From a virus (lineage: Duplodnaviria; Caudoviricetes), in the IMG/VR virus record IMGVR_UViG_3300032038_000007, positions 1 through 64,000 of that record: 64,000 bases of DNA, one strand, 5' to 3'. Positions 30,406 to 45,200 of the stretch are shown piece by piece. Positions within the stretch are counted from its first letter, which is position 1, and the number at the start of each line of letters is the position of its first letter. The position numbers were made by a program, and so were the translations under genes. A model generated the notes under the pieces. The model saw only the letters and a list, made by a program, of their open reading frames with translations, was not told the DNA's origin and did not search any database.

Positions 30406-33400
30406 ATGATTAGACTTATACAACGACGCTTAATTATCCCACGCGGTGATACCGGCTCTTTTACCGTACCGTTAATAGCCGCTGCTAATTCTGGTGATGC
30501 AGCAGTTTTTACCATATTTAGTTTAGCAACACATAAAAAAATATTTACTAAAGTTGTTACAATTGAAGAAGATCCAATTACTATTGACTTTAGTCATGGT
30601 GAGACTGTTAATTTACCAGTCGGAAGATATGTGTGGGATATTAAGTATTATAGAAACCCGGTTATAGAAAATGAAGTTTTAATTAATGGCGATGAAATAA
30701 CTTCATATTATGCAGCTTTTGAATTGCCAATATGTGAAATTAGAGAAACAGGAGACGTGTTACTAACCGCTGACAATGCTCCAACAAGTTTAGTGGCTCC
30801 TGAATATTTAAATATTATTGATGCGGCGATCAGTCATGTTAATGCAAGTAAAGCGGCAGCAGAAACAGCCGCGACTTCTGCTCAAGCCGCAGCTGAAGCC
30901 GCAGAGCAAGCTTTAGATGACTTTAAAAATTTATCTGTAACCGCCGAAACATTAGAGAGCGGCCAAGATGCTACCGCTACTTATAACTTTGATACGGGAA
31001 TATTAACTTTGGGTATCCCACGTGGACAAGTAGGCAATGGAGTATCTAGCGTACTTTTAAATAATGATTATACTTTAACATTAAATTTTACTGATGGTAC
31101 AAGTACAACAGTTGGCCCAATTCGTGGTGAAAAAGGTGATACTGGTGAGATACCCACGGAATGGAAAGATGAGTTAGATTCGGTCGCGGCAGATGTTGAA
31201 AATTTAGCTACTGTTGCAAGCACTGGTAGTTACAATGATTTAAATGATAAACCTACAATTCCAACTAAAGTTTCAGATTTAACTAATGACGCGGGATATA
31301 TAAGTGAATATACCGAAACCGACCCCACCGTACCAGCGTGGGCAAAGACGGCGCAGAAGCCAGCCTATACTGCGGCGGAAGTTGGGGCAACAACTGAACA
31401 ATAGGTTAGCGGTATGATTGCAGAGGCCATTGGAGACATTCATTCTTTTGATATGGCGGTTGTGCAAGAGTTGCCTACCACAGATATTAGCACTCATACT
31501 ATTTATTTAGTACCTAAAACCGGGGAAACAAATGATGTGTATGATGAATATATTTATGTTAATAATGCGTGGGAAATGGTTGGGAATACGCAAGTAGACT
31601 TAAGTGATTATGCACTTAAATCTGAATTACCAACCAAAACCTCCGACCTAACTAACGATAGCGGATTCTTAACCTCCTATACAGAAACAGACCCAACTGT
31701 TCCTCAATGGGCTAAAGCCGCGACGAAGCCGAGTTATACGGCAACAGAAGTTGGAGCCTTACCAGCCAACACCCATATTCCAAGTACTACAGCCGAGCTA
31801 ACTAATGATGCTGGCTTTATTACTGACGCGGATGTGCCAGTAAAGAGCGTAAATGGGTAGACCGGCGCCGTACAAATAGACGCCGTTGATTACACCAATG
31901 AGCAAAATTTAACTGCGGCACAGCAAACAATGGCGCTTGCCAACTTAGGTTTGAATAGTAGTAATGTAGAGACAGGAAATGATTTGTATAGGTATAGAAC
32001 TGTTTCTGGCGGAAATAAGGTTAAAATTGATAAGGTGATTGGTGGGACGGTGGCGTGGAATTAGCTCGACTATCAGCGAGAAGGAGCAGCATTCACCGGA
32101 CGGTACTCGCCTATGTGGCAGCTTACGGCATCAAACGCGCCGTACATCTATTCTGGGCATATCTATCTGTGCAGCTTCGTGCAACCTACTTGTGCTGTAT
32201 ATCGGCAGAATGTTCCAGCTTTGCCAGCTGGTTATAAGGTATATCCCGCGCCGACAGTTGAGACAAGGCAAGAGTTTCTTGTTCAAGCAAGCGACAATCG
32301 CGCACCCAGTGAGATAACTATATCTTTCGCTGGGATAATCAGCAAACACGCGACAACAGAAGAAAGCTACGCGCTCAAGGACAAGCAAATTTTCGACCTG
32401 ACGCAGATGTTCGGCGCGACCGTTGCACAGCATTTCCTCGATCTGGAGACCGCAACCGCTGGCGCTGGCGTGGCTCTGTTTCGGCAGATGTTCCCGGAAA
32501 GCTACTATCCGTACAATGTGGGAGAGCTTGTCAGCGTCCAGACGAGTTGCAGGAAGACGGTCGGGTTCAACCAGTGGGACGAGGTTTGGGAGTCAGGCAA
32601 CATCAGTTCCAACACGGGCGTGAACATCGTAACCACCCTTCAGATTCGCTCGAAGAACTACCTCCGTGTCATGCCGAACACAACGTATTACTTCAAGAGC
32701 GTTGCTAAATCTGGCGGCGGTTATGCCTATTACTACGATAAAAACAAGGCATTCGTTGTTGGCGGCATTAGCATTACTCGAAATAGTTCTTTTACAACCC
32801 CCGCTGGCGTTTGCTATATGCGGTTTGTTGAAGGACAGTCATATGGTACGGCCTACAATCACGACATCTGCATCAACATCTCCGATCCCTCCCGTAACGG
32901 CACATATGAACCGTACAGCGCTCACACTTATCCTCTGGGCAGCACTTTGACGCTTCGCGGTATCCCGGTTCTGACGGATGGCAAAGTGGCGTATGACGGT
33001 GACCAGTACGCGCCGGACGGGACTGTGACGAGGCGATATGGTATTGGTCAAATGACCTATGAATATATCAATGGATTAAATGAAGATTATATTGGTTATG
33101 ATAGTGCAAGAAATGCCGTATGGGTAAGGAATTGGAATTATACTGATTTAGCAGCAAGAAAGAAGGGCGGTATAAACGCAATTTGTAATATTTGTGAAAT
33201 TTCAGCTCATAACATTGATATATTCGCAAGTCAATATAGAATATATTTCCTTGGGTTTAATTCTGTTGAGGATTTTAAGGCAAAAATCCAAGCCCAGGAA
33301 ACATCGGGCAGCGGCCTTTATATCGTTTATGAGCTTGCTACATCCACGGCTGAAACCGCCGATCCATACGAATCCCTCCAAATCGCCGGTAGCACCGAAG

Positions 33401-34677
33401 AATTCATTGATGCCGGTGAGCGTGATGTTGCAGTACCTGTTGGCGTAACAGCAGGTTATTACAATGCTGCTACAATTGATTTGGATATTGATGTTGGGGT
33501 GTAGGATGTTTAGGTTAATGGGACTTCTGTAGTTTCTAATGGAATTGCGAATGTACCTCTCGCCGCCGACACTACACTTGGTGTTATTCAGGCGAACGGT
33601 AACTATGGTGTGTACGTTGATAGTAATGGTTATATGCGCACGTCAACCTGTTCATCTGCAGCCGTCAAGGGCGGAACAGAAAGCTACCGTACATTAAAAC
33701 CGAGCAATCAGCACGAATCTACTTTCTACGGTCTTGCTAAAGCCGCGGGCGCAGATATGAAAAATTCTGATAATGCAATAGGTACATATACCGCTGCAGC
33801 AAAAAGTGCTATCCAAAAAATGCTCGGCGTTACAGACCTTTTCGGTAATGAAGAGAATGGCATAACTGCTAGCCGCGCTTATGCTGCTGGTGAAGCATTT
33901 TTTGCCGATAGCAAGCTTTATCGGGCTACTGCCGCAATTGCATAGGATGGCGCGATTGTTACTGATAGTAGTGGGGCGAATTGTGAGGAAATTAGTATTA
34001 CAGAGGATTTTGTTAAGAAGACGGATTATGCAACTAGCTCTACTGCAGGTGTAGTTAAAACTAGTCAAAGCTATGGTACTACAATGTCCAATGGCGCGCT
34101 AGCCATTGCGCCCGCAAGTAACGATAATATAAAAGGCGGTACAAATGCTTATAAACCAATTGTGCCAGCGAAATAGGACTAGGCAGTATTCTATGGCCTA
34201 GCGAAAGTAGCGGGAGCAGATTTAGCTAGTGAGACTGTAACATTAGGAACGTATCCTGATGCTGCGAAAACCGCAATAAAATCTATGCTAGGAATAGCAG
34301 ACAGTTTTCCTGTTACATCCACATTAACCGACGATTTTTATTCTGTAAAAGTCACAAACGGGACTTCAACGCTAGTTAAAGAAACCTTTGATGCCCGTGC
34401 TTATGGTGCAGATGCTGGCGGAACTGGCGGCGCTATTAACGTTGAACTACAACGTAATCAGCGTCTGGTATATGGCGAAATGCTTGATATTCAAATTATG
34501 ACTGTGCCGTCTTATGGACTATGCGGTCTTACATTTATTAGTGGAAGTACGCCAACCGTTTTAACATTACCAGATACTGTAGTGATGCCAGAATGGTGGA
34601 TCGGCGCGGAAGCTAACCGCAGATATGATATAATGTTCTTGGATGGACATGGGGCGGTGATGTCATGGCCGCTATGA
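30406..34677 (+). CDS. Tail fibre/baseplate-upper-like protein, about 1423 aa (TAG=Gln)
   Basis: IPRGDTG N-terminus; collagen-like GEKGDTG; repeated ETDPTVPxWAK and SDLTNDxG; five ORF fragments in frame via TAG; TGA overlaps next ATG. Confidence 0.85.
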
Positions 34678-35828
34678 TGCAAGAATGGTTTAATATGATT
34701 GCGGCCTAGCCGCATTTAGAAACTGTTGCTAGCGGTAATACAGGTTACTGCGATGCAATTGCACGATTTAAAACTAATTTAACTTTGCCGTTAAAAGAAG
34801 CAAACATCACACTGTCTCCCATTTAGGGAGGCAGTGGCGACCCTTCCCCGACAAATGTACGAGCTATTAGTGGTGTAGATAGTATTTAGGTGACTAAAGC
34901 GGGTGTTAATTTGTTGGAGTGTGATACTTTTAGTAATGGTACTGACTAGGGAATTACTTATACAAAAACTGTTAATGATTCTAATCAAATTGAATCTATT
35001 TAGGCGACTGGAACAACTTCAAGTGGTAATGTTTTTCGTAATTTAAATTATACACAAACTACCTTTAAACTTTTAGAAGGCACGTTTGATTTTTACGGCT
35101 ATTCTACATAGGTAGCTGTAATTCCAGTGCATACCAATACTCATTATAACGATATATCGGGCAAGTGGGCATCTAATTTTACAACAGTAGATTGGGATAA
35201 ATATAATATTACTAAACAAGCATCAGCTTGGGCAAGGCTTTAGGTAGTACCATATGCTTCAAATATAGAAGTTAATACAACAGTCTATCCAATGATATGT
35301 TTACCGCAAGATGAAGGATGCGATTATGAGCCGTTTAAGGGTATCAAATATAATATATCTTTTCCATCTACTATTTACAACGGCGCTCTTGACCTACTTA
35401 CTGGCGCTTTAACCGCAACACATGCTTGCATTACATTTGATGGCAGTTCTGATGAGCAATGGAATGTAGAAACTATATCTGCCGGAACTAATTTCTATAT
35501 TCAAGTTGCTGATGCAGATTATGAAGATGCCATAGGAGGAACTCAAATATGTAATATGGCTGTAAAAAGAGGTACAAATGAATATGCTTAGGGAAGATTT
35601 TTCATCTCTTCGTCTAAAAATTTTAACTTAGCAATTGGTGATTTAATCAATGTTACAACGCCTAGTGCATTTCGTGAGTGGCTAACAACTCATAATGTTC
35701 AATTATATTATAAATTAGCTACTCCATTAGTATATCAACTTACCCCGCAAGTAATTCGCACCTTCCGCGGTGTAAACAACATCTGGTCAGATAATGGAAT
35801 TATGAATATAAAATATTGGACTAATTAA
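34674..35828 (+). CDS. Tail/receptor-binding-associated protein, 384 aa (about 8 TAG=Gln)
   Basis: GSGDPSPTNVRAISG and YKLATP..LTPQ..GVNNIWSD motifs; open to TAA 35826. Confidence 0.85.
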
Positions 35829-35872
35829 TTTGCGGCATCCGCCGCGTATTTCTCATCAAGGAGGAATTTATT

Positions 35873-36184
35873 ATGAATCAATACTATATTATTGAAATAC
35901 AACAATATCTAAATGGCGAATATGGTCATATTGTACACTATGCGTATGACCAAGACCCAACTCGCGCTCGTTTATTAGCAGAATCTAAGTACCACGAAGT
36001 ATTAGCGGCTGCTGCTATAAGTGAACTACCAAGTCATAGCGCCACCTTACTAACAGCAGACGGACGCTCTTTAATGAATCAGTGCTACCGTCACGCTGTA
36101 CAGCAGACTGAGCCAGAAACTGAACCTGAGACTGAGCCAGAAACTGAGCCTGAGACCGAGCCTGAGACTAATGAGGAGACTTGA
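35873..36184 (+). CDS. Hypothetical protein with (EPET)n tail
   Basis: AAGGAGG SD; 12-bp tandem repeat at about 36107-36170. Confidence 0.8.
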   Translation: MNQYYIIEIQQYLNGEYGHIVHYAYDQDPTRARLLAESKYHEVLAAAAISELPSHSATLLTADGRSLMNQCYRHAVQQTEPETEPETEPETEPETEPETNEET

Positions 36185-36653
36185 TTGGAATCGAGAAAGG
36201 TGGCGCACTCGTGATTTATTATTAGAATATGATACTGCGATTATGCCTCCTCATCCGCGGGCTGGTGGAATAGCAGTAGTTTATCCGTGGGGGTCATCCT
36301 ATTATGACAACGTAATAGATTATTCTGTTCCACATCTACCTCATACTACTAGCTTATCTATGATTTATCCATGGGAAAATACTTCATTAAATATACTCAA
36401 TCATTAGTTATATTTAATTGCCGTACAAAATGGTTTCGATGGCACAGAAGAAGACTTTAAAGATTTATTCAGGGGCTATGTAGGGCCACGTAGTATTCTA
36501 TTTGCTACTTACGAGAATTTTCCTGAAACTGGTATTCAAGATAAGTTATATTTTGACTTGGAAACTAAAATTTTATATTATTGGAATAATGAATACATTC
36601 CAGTTAATGCAATGCTAATTGCTGATACTGCACTTGATGGAGGCGGTGCCTAA
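36171..36653 (+). CDS. Hypothetical virion protein (1 TAG=Gln)
   Basis: Read-through to TAA overlapping the next ATG (TAATG). Confidence 0.75.
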
Positions 36654-37351
36654 TGGCTACAAATTCAGTAAAAGTTACATTATAGATTAGGCATGACATA
36701 GCCTCAAATTGGACAATAAGAGACCCCGTACTCGCCCAAGGCGAGTACGGCCTCGAGCAGGATACTTTTTTAATTAAAGTTGGTGATGGTGTACGCACTT
36801 GGTCTAATCTTCCATATTTAAATAAGTTAAATGCAACTTACTTCAAATTACTAGAAGACGGAACTATGACCTTTAGCGATGAATTCATGAACACCATTGC
36901 GGCACTTGAAGCCGCGGCTGGTCAAGCTATCACTAAATTAGAGGTCACTGATCCTCCAGTAAAAGATATAGATGTACCAAATAAAAAGTATGTTGACGAT
37001 GCCATTAGACAAGCGGGACATTTACATAGAGAAGTTGTAAACGCTCTACCAGACGCGGCTGAAGCTGATGAAAATACATTGTACATGTTATTGGCTACAG
37101 ACGGTAATCATTATGAAGAATATATGGTCATTAATGGCGTTTGGGATATGGTAGGAAGTACTGGGGATGGTACTGGAGTATATGAGTTACCAATCGCGAC
37201 TAACGCTCGTCTTGGTGGCGTTAAATCTTCAACAGCAGACGATTTTATTGCAGTAAATCAAGACGGATTTATGACTTTAAATAACGTTTCTACTACAAAA
37301 CTGTATGTTCCAACGGGGGATGTATTTATTATTTACGGCGGCAGCGCTTAA
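36653..37351 (+). CDS. Tail-fibre protein with Mtd/hyaluronidase-type N-terminus (1 TAG=Gln)
   Basis: PVLAQGEYG..KVGDGVRTWSNLPY motif. Confidence 0.85.
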
Positions 37352-37364
37352 GGGGGTGCAATAA

Positions 37365-39305
37365 ATGGCGGAACATATGATTGAAGCACGCATATTATTG
37401 CGCTATGATACCTATTCTAACTGGATGAATAGTACAACTATTTTAAAATAGGGCGAAGCAGCGCTCGCCGCCTTTCCCCTTGATACAAATATTGCTGGCA
37501 CTAATACAGCACCAGAGCATACACCGCCAGCTATTGGGATGAAAATTGGCGATGGCTATCATAGATTTTCAGAGCTCCCTTGGCTACAGGGCGTTGCCGC
37601 CGATGTATATAATTGGGCAAAACAGGTAAACAAGCCAACTTATAGTGCCGCCGAAATTACAGGATTAGAGCAATTAATTGAACAATATGTTAGAGAAATA
37701 AGCGGAGGCGATATTACAATTGAGCCAAAAGCTTATCGGCTATATCAAGGCACTGGCGATGATAGTGAAAAATATTTTTTATAGTCTCGCGGTTCTAATG
37801 ATGTAACTTGGGTAACAGATACTAATAACTATATTGATTTAACGAAATATTCCGATGCAATCAGTTGGTTAGGTACTGCATATGAAAATTATTGGACATT
37901 GGCTGGTTATATTACTAGCCGTCTTAACGATAAATTTAGTGCCTTAACGGTAGAAGATAATGCAGTACAAAATTAGTTTGTTACTTCTGTTAGTGAATCA
38001 AATGGCGTAATTACTGTCACACGTTCTTCAATAAATGCTTCAATGATTAACGGGGTTTTGAGCGTTGACCATGGCGGTACAGGCATATCAAACATTCCCT
38101 CTGGGCATGTTATTATCGGTAATGAGGCTGGCGCTGTAACTACCACAGAAGTAGTTAGTAGATTTGAGTATGGATTAGATTCTAATTTAGCAACTGTAGG
38201 GGCTATAACTCGTTACGTGGACAACGCAACTGCTGGTCTCACCGGCGCAATGCATTTTATAGGTGAAGCTACCGTTGTTATTACGCACAATTCTAATGTT
38301 GACCCCCGCATTAGTGGATATGATTTTCGTTAGGCATAGCCCGGCGATGTTATTTTAAGTCCTGATAAGGCTGAATATGTATGGACTGGCGCCAATTGGC
38401 GGCTACTTGGTGATGAGGGAAGTTATGCAGTTAAGGGCAGTATTACTAATGTTGATATTGCTGACAATGCAGAAATTGATTAGTCTAAAATAGCTAATTT
38501 AGACAGCTCTTTATTTTCTAAAGTCGATAAAGTTAGCGGAAAAGCTTTAAGTACAAATGACTATACCGACGAAGAACAAAATAAGTTAGCCAGTATTGAA
38601 GAGAATGCGCAACGAAATCTTATTGAACACATTTTCCTTAACGACGTTGAAGCGACTCCTACCGTGCGCGAAGGGAAGCCTAACTCTATTTCAATACGTT
38701 TAAGTTCGTTAACGCCCGATGAAGAAGAAAAATTGCGCGGTATTGAAAGTTATGCTCAAGTAAATACTATTGAGCATATATTTTTAAATGGCGTTGAGCT
38801 TGGAATAGGACGAGTTAATTAGATTGATAAGGCTGTTAATATTGAATTAATTGAATTTACCTAGCAAGAAAAAACCAAGTTAAACAATATTGAAGCAGGA
38901 GCTTAGGTAAATACTATTGATGGTATTACAGTGAATGGGTAGTACATAATACCCTCGCAAGACAAAATTGTAGACATCACTGTACCAGACCATGCCGACC
39001 ATATAAATAAAATTGAAGAAATATGGTTGAATGGCGTAAAATTAACGCCAAATGAGAGCAAATAGGTAAATATAGTAATTGATACAGCGGCTGTCAATTT
39101 TACTGTTATTGAAGGGGCTAGAGTTCCTCTCACAGATAACACTTACGAAAATGTAGATATAGTAGAAGATAATGGGCATAAAAAATTAGAGTTCTCAAGA
39201 ATTGCAAAGACTGGTAGTATATACGATATAAATAATACTCCAGCTTCAAATACAACGGATTATTTAATTTTAAATTGCGGCGATGCTTCTACATTTATTG
39301 ATTAA
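37365..39305 (+). CDS. Tail-fibre protein with Mtd-type N-terminus and AQVNTIE repeats, 646 aa (TAG=Gln)
   Basis: KIGDG..LPW; GAMHFIG; WRLLGDE; frame open to TAA 39303. Confidence 0.85.
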
Positions 39306-39338
39306 ACTTGGCTGGAATGATGCCGAGGAGGAGTTTTC

Positions 39339-39896
39339 ATGGCAACAAAAACCGTGAATACAAGAATTCAGTTGAAAAGTGACACTGAAGCAAATTGGCT
39401 AAAAGCAGGGCCTAAAGAAGGGTCTACAGGCTTCGTGCCACTTAAGGGTGAGCTCATCATCTATTCGGCTGATGGGGCTCACCCTTTTTCTCGTTTAAAG
39501 GTGGGGGATGGAGAACATAATGTTACTGCATTGCCGTTTATTGATGCGGGAACTGTTGGAGGACAGGTTCTTTCTTAGGTAATTCTTCAATATGACAATA
39601 TAAACTCATTCCCTTCTATAGGACAAGAAGATAAAATGTATATTGATTTAGCCACTAAAGCAATTTATTGTTATAAAGCTAGTACAGGATATGCACGTTT
39701 ATCTCATTTTACTTATACCGCCACGACAACAAATATTCCTATTATTTCTAGTTGGGATAAAGGTGTAATGACAACGGCATCAATAGATGGAACTGCTTTA
39801 GCTATTGAGAATGGCCGTGAGCCAGAACTAACATTCGTAGACGGCGGTTTAAATGTAGTTACAGGTATTAGCGAGGTGAATAATACAAATGGCTAA
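39339..39896 (+). CDS. Tail-fibre protein with Mtd-type N-terminus (1 TAG=Gln)
   Basis: PLKGELIIY..LKVGDG..LPF; two ORF fragments in frame. Confidence 0.85.
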
Positions 39897-42243
39897 TGGA
39901 TATATAGGTTAGGTTCGTATAGGAACTAATGATTATAAAATAGGCTCTACATTATATGCAGTTTGTAGTGAAACAGGGCAAAATAGAACTGTTGTAATTG
40001 AGGGATTTGCTATAAGTACTGGCGTTACAGTACATATTAAATTTGAACATGGATATACTGATACCGCAAATGCTCCTACTTTAACAATTAAATCCAGCAG
40101 TAGTGACTCAGACGCGCTTCCTTTTGATATTATTAATGCTAATGGCCCCGAAACATGGAGCGATGGTAGTGTAATTTCTTTAACACTTACAGGAACTTCA
40201 ACAGATAATTATAAATGGGCTATAAATAGCAGTGCTATTGACGGCTCTTCTATTTAGAATCTTTCTTTAGGTTAGATAACTAGCGCCGGCAAAATTGCCG
40301 GAAAAGCTTCATAGGCTGTAGTAACAAATGCAAGCGCGGAAATTACTGCTATTAATTTAGCTGTTGCAGACCCGGATGCTGATGGTACTGGTTTAACTTT
40401 TATTGATACTATTTCTTAGAATTCTTAGGGTAAAATTACAGCCACTAAAAGAACAGTTTAGAGTGCTTCTCGTGAGCAGGCTGGCGTCATTCAGTTGCCT
40501 AGTGGTACTACTACAGAAAAATTTCTACGTGAAGATGGAACTTGGATAAAACCTTCATATATAGCAAATACAGATACTAAAATACGTGTTTATTTAGCTA
40601 CTAATTCCACTGGCGTAGAATTACCATTAGTTGGATTAAATAGCGGCAATGCCACCGCGGCTTATGCTACTCATACTTCTGGCACAAAAGATGTTTATGG
40701 TGCAATCCCTAATACTGTTGCTAATCGTGCGACAATCAATTCCAAAACTGGCGCCATTACTGTGCCAGGGGGTATTATTGGTAATGCTTCTACAGCAACT
40801 AATTTCTCAGCGGCAAAAAATATTGCCTTAACAGGCGATATTACCGGTAATGCAGATGGCGGAGCTTCTGGCGGATGGTCAATTTCTACTACAATTGGAG
40901 CAGGCAAAGTTACTAATGATATGCTAGCAGGCTCAATTGCCATTACTAAATTAACCGCTTCTACAATTGCTATTGGCACTTAGACTAAATCATTAGGGCA
41001 ATCTTTTGATACCGCAAAATTAGTAACAGATTTAGGCTTGTCATCAGCGATGAAATATAAAGGTGGAGTCGCTTCTTTGCCAACGGCTACTAGCAGCACT
41101 ACTTTTAGTACTTATAATGCGGGTGATGTAGTAACTATTACTGGAACTACTAATCAAGGAAAAGAATATGTATATAATAAAGGTGCAACAGCCGCGGCTT
41201 CAAGTTGGGTCGAATTAGGAGACGAAAGCTCATATAAGGTAAAGCAAGATGCAGTAACAAGTCCGTCAGTACCAGAGTCAGGCCCCAATTCTGAGACTGC
41301 TTTTATTGATACTATTACTTAGGACGTTAATGGCGTTATAACCGCGACAAAAAAGAATGTTAATTTCCCAGTGACTTCTGTTGCAGGAAAAACCGGCGCG
41401 GTGACACTAAGTAATACGGATGTCGGCTTAGGTAAGGTAACCAATCACGCATAGGTTACATCAATAACTTGGAGTAATAGCACTTTAAAGCAATCTATTA
41501 GTGGCGGAACTGCTACTGATATTGTTACGGCTAGTACATTAAAAAGCGCAATGTCCTTAAGTAATGTAACTAATGATGCACAAATTGCAAAATCTATTGG
41601 TACAACTAAAGGCGATATAATTTATTTTGATGGGGCTTCAAGCCCAAAGAGACTAGATATTGGGACAGCAGGACAAGTTTTAACTGTTTCTGATTCAGGA
41701 ATACCGGCTTGGGAAGCTAATGCTTCAACTGATGAAAAGGTTGAACAAATTCCATATAATGATGGCACAAATGATAAAACTTTTAATCTTTTATTTAAGC
41801 ATACAAATAATGATACAAAAGAAACTAATAATGTATATTATTCTACTGTATCTAGCAAGAAATTAACATTTAATCCTAAATCTGGTACTTTAAGTGCTAC
41901 AAAATTTAGTGGTAGCGGCGCTGGATTAACTACAAAGTCAGTTCCTTTAACTGCATTAGCTGATTATGATGGAACTGGGACTAAATTTTTACGACAAGAT
42001 GGATGGAAAACAGTTAGTGTATCGTTAACTGGTTCTACAAGTACAAGTAAGACTGTAGTTACTAATGTTACATTTAATCAAGGTAGTTTTCCAACTTTAG
42101 GTGAATCAGGCAAGGCCGCAAAATTTAACGTTAGCAACGGTGTGCTAGAAATTACAGCTGGTAGCGATGCCGCATTAAGCAGTGGCACATTGCCTTCTCT
42201 CGGAACAATTAGCAGAGCAACATTAGGAATTACAGGAAGTTAA
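39889..42243 (+). CDS. Tail-fibre protein, 784 aa (TAG=Gln)
   Basis: GAGGTG SD; Thr/Ser/Gly-rich; AMKYKG..WVELGDE; fragments in one frame. Confidence 0.85.
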
Positions 42244-42256
42244 GGTGGTGAATTAA

Positions 42257-45200
42257 ATGGCAAGTAAAGTAGGCGGAATGGTCTAGAAAATAAGCTTTGA
42301 TGATGTAACGTACGGAATAGCTTCAACCGCATATGGAGAGTGTGAAACACCAGTTGATACGGCTGCAAAAACAGTTGCTATGACCGGCTTTACCTTGCTA
42401 GAAGGCACCACGGTGCATATTAAATTTATAAATGGCAACAGTGCTACAGAGCCAACTCTTAATATATAGAGCACAGGGGCAAAGCCTATTATAGGTACTT
42501 CTGATACTAATTGGAATGCAAATGAAGTAGTAGAATTTACCTATGATGGCGCGAATTGGGTTTGTAATACTGGTAGCTCATTAGGTATAGGTACTGGTCT
42601 TACTAAAGAGTCAAATAATATAGTTAAAAATTATCGTGGCATTGAATACATACGTGGTGAATGGACTGCGAACACAAATGTTTGGGTCGCAACAAGTACA
42701 GATAATGAATTATATGACGGCAAACAAATTCTATTATATATGCCTTATTCAGGCAATGGCTCTAATGTAACATTAAATTTAAATCTTGCGGACGGCACTA
42801 CTACAGGCGCGAAGAATGTTTACTATGAATCTACTACGCGCTTTACAACACACAAGAGCGCATATGCATAGTTACATTTAATCTATCATGAAAATCATTC
42901 TATTAACGGCACTAATTATACCGGATGGTGGTATGTGGCAAATAGGGATACTACTAATGTCGATGATTTACGAATGGCCTTCAGCTCTTTCAAAGCAAAA
43001 ACGGTAATTTATAGATACCAACTATTATTAACTTATGATGAGGAATATTTATTACCTATAAATACAGTAAATAATAGTACAGCAACTAATAAGACACTAA
43101 CAACAGAATCATTTAATCCTTTGGCGTCTGTATATTTTTATAATGCTACAAATACAGTGAATGCTGACGACGTAATCGGAGCGTACAGGATTTATGTTAA
43201 TTCTGGTCAGGCTAATTTAAGTTATTCATTTAATATTAGCCCAGGTTTAGTATCAAATAATTCTGTCTATTTGGTATGCGTACCGCAAGATGGAGGAAAG
43301 GCAAAATTACATCCATCCGCGCCGCTGGCTTAGATGTTGCCAAGCACTGAAGATGGTTATATATATAAATATTTAGGACAGGCTAGAAACACCAATACAA
43401 TATAGTTATAGCCTTATTAGCCATGTTATGTTTATCGTAATGGTTCAATTTAGCTGTATATACAAGATTCTCAAACTGTTAATGGTCATACTGTTGACGC
43501 TAATGTCCCTTCAAATGCAATCTTTACAGATACAAATAAATACCATAAATCAGGTTCATGGAGCGGCTTAACTTATACTGCAACAGCGGTTAATAGTGCT
43601 GATGAGTTAAAATTTACTATTCCTGATAATTATGGTGATACAAAGAATCCTTATGGGACAAAAGCAAAAAATCTTGTCCTTGCGGGGCCTTCTAGCGGAA
43701 GTAACGCGGCGCCAAGTTTTAGGGCGCTAGTTGCGGCTGATATCCCAAACTCTATTTTAAAATGGCAAACTACTACCGCAGAAAGTACGGCATTATATGA
43801 TTTTGGCGTATATGTTAATATGAATCATGCTAATGGTAGTGGCATGACTGGTAATAATTATTTTAGTATTTTAAATATACCCTATAGAAAAGCTTCTGGT
43901 AACACAAAGGCAGATTGGGGTTGGTAGTTGGGCAATATTACGGATAATGATGGACGATTATGGTACCGTACAGCAGGAGATAATGTATGGGGAGATTGGC
44001 AAACAATTGCTCATGCAACATAGAGTACAAATGATATTGGAAGTTCTTCACAGCCAGTTTATATGACTAAAACAGGTGTTATAACCGCAGTAACCGCCGT
44101 TGGAGCCGCGTATGGTGGAACTGGTAAAACAACATTAAAAGATAGTGCTAATACATTAATAAATGCTTTAGATACTGGCGCTTCTAATTTAACAGCGAAT
44201 GATTATGTAATTACGCAATACGTTGACGGCGGAACTACTACAACGACTTATCATAGACGACCAGCAAGTAAGGTGGTTAATGCTACTTTAGTAAAGGCGG
44301 CATTGGGCACAGTTTCTACAACCGCGAAGAAGTTCTTAAAAGATACCGGCGATTGGGTATAGGTTGCTTGGAGTGATTTAAGTGGCGTACCAAGTACATT
44401 TACACCTGCAGAACATACGCATTCAGAATACGTTACATTGGCTACAGATCAAACGATCTCGGGTACAAAAACATTTTCTTCTATTCTAAACTTTTCTAAA
44501 CCAACCTCCGCTGGCTAGTTAAGAGGATTTAAATTTAATGGTGTTACGGATAACGCGGCTTTATATTATTTAGAGCCTAATTTAAATGATGATGGTCGTT
44601 TACGTTTTATTATGTCAGATAACGATACTGACTCCATTGAAATGGCTTGGTCGCTCTATAGATCTTCGGGAAGGGAAATTCCAGGATAGCATGTTGTACA
44701 TTCATTTAATGCATAGGGGTATGTCATAACTCCCATAACAGAAGCAGATGGGACAGTTAATACTATTACTTTGAGACCAGGTATTACTAATAAAGGTAAT
44801 TTAGGTAGTACTTCATATTACTGGAATAATGCTTATATTACCAATATAAATGGCGTTACAGTTGGTTCTTCTCCAAAATTTACTGATACTACTACTTTTA
44901 CTATAACAGCAAATGCATCTGATGGTCTATGGGACTTAACTGGTACTAATGGGACAAATGCAGTTACCTATTCACTTGCGCCATATAGTGCTAAAGGTTC
45001 GACCGCAAGGTTTTATACAGCCGCAACTAATCCTACTTTAACGACTAGATTAAATTATGATGGTTATTTATATGCCACTAAATTATATAGTGATGGAAAA
45101 GAAGTATTAACATCTCACTAGAGTTTAGCAGATTATGCTACCCTCGCTTCTCCAGCTTTAACAGGTACTCCTACAGCACCAACCGCAGAAGATGGTACTA

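Noticed and set aside
36107-36170. 12-bp tandem repeat as a regulatory or contingency locus
   Set aside because: It is an in-frame (EPET)n low-complexity protein tail with synonymous variation.
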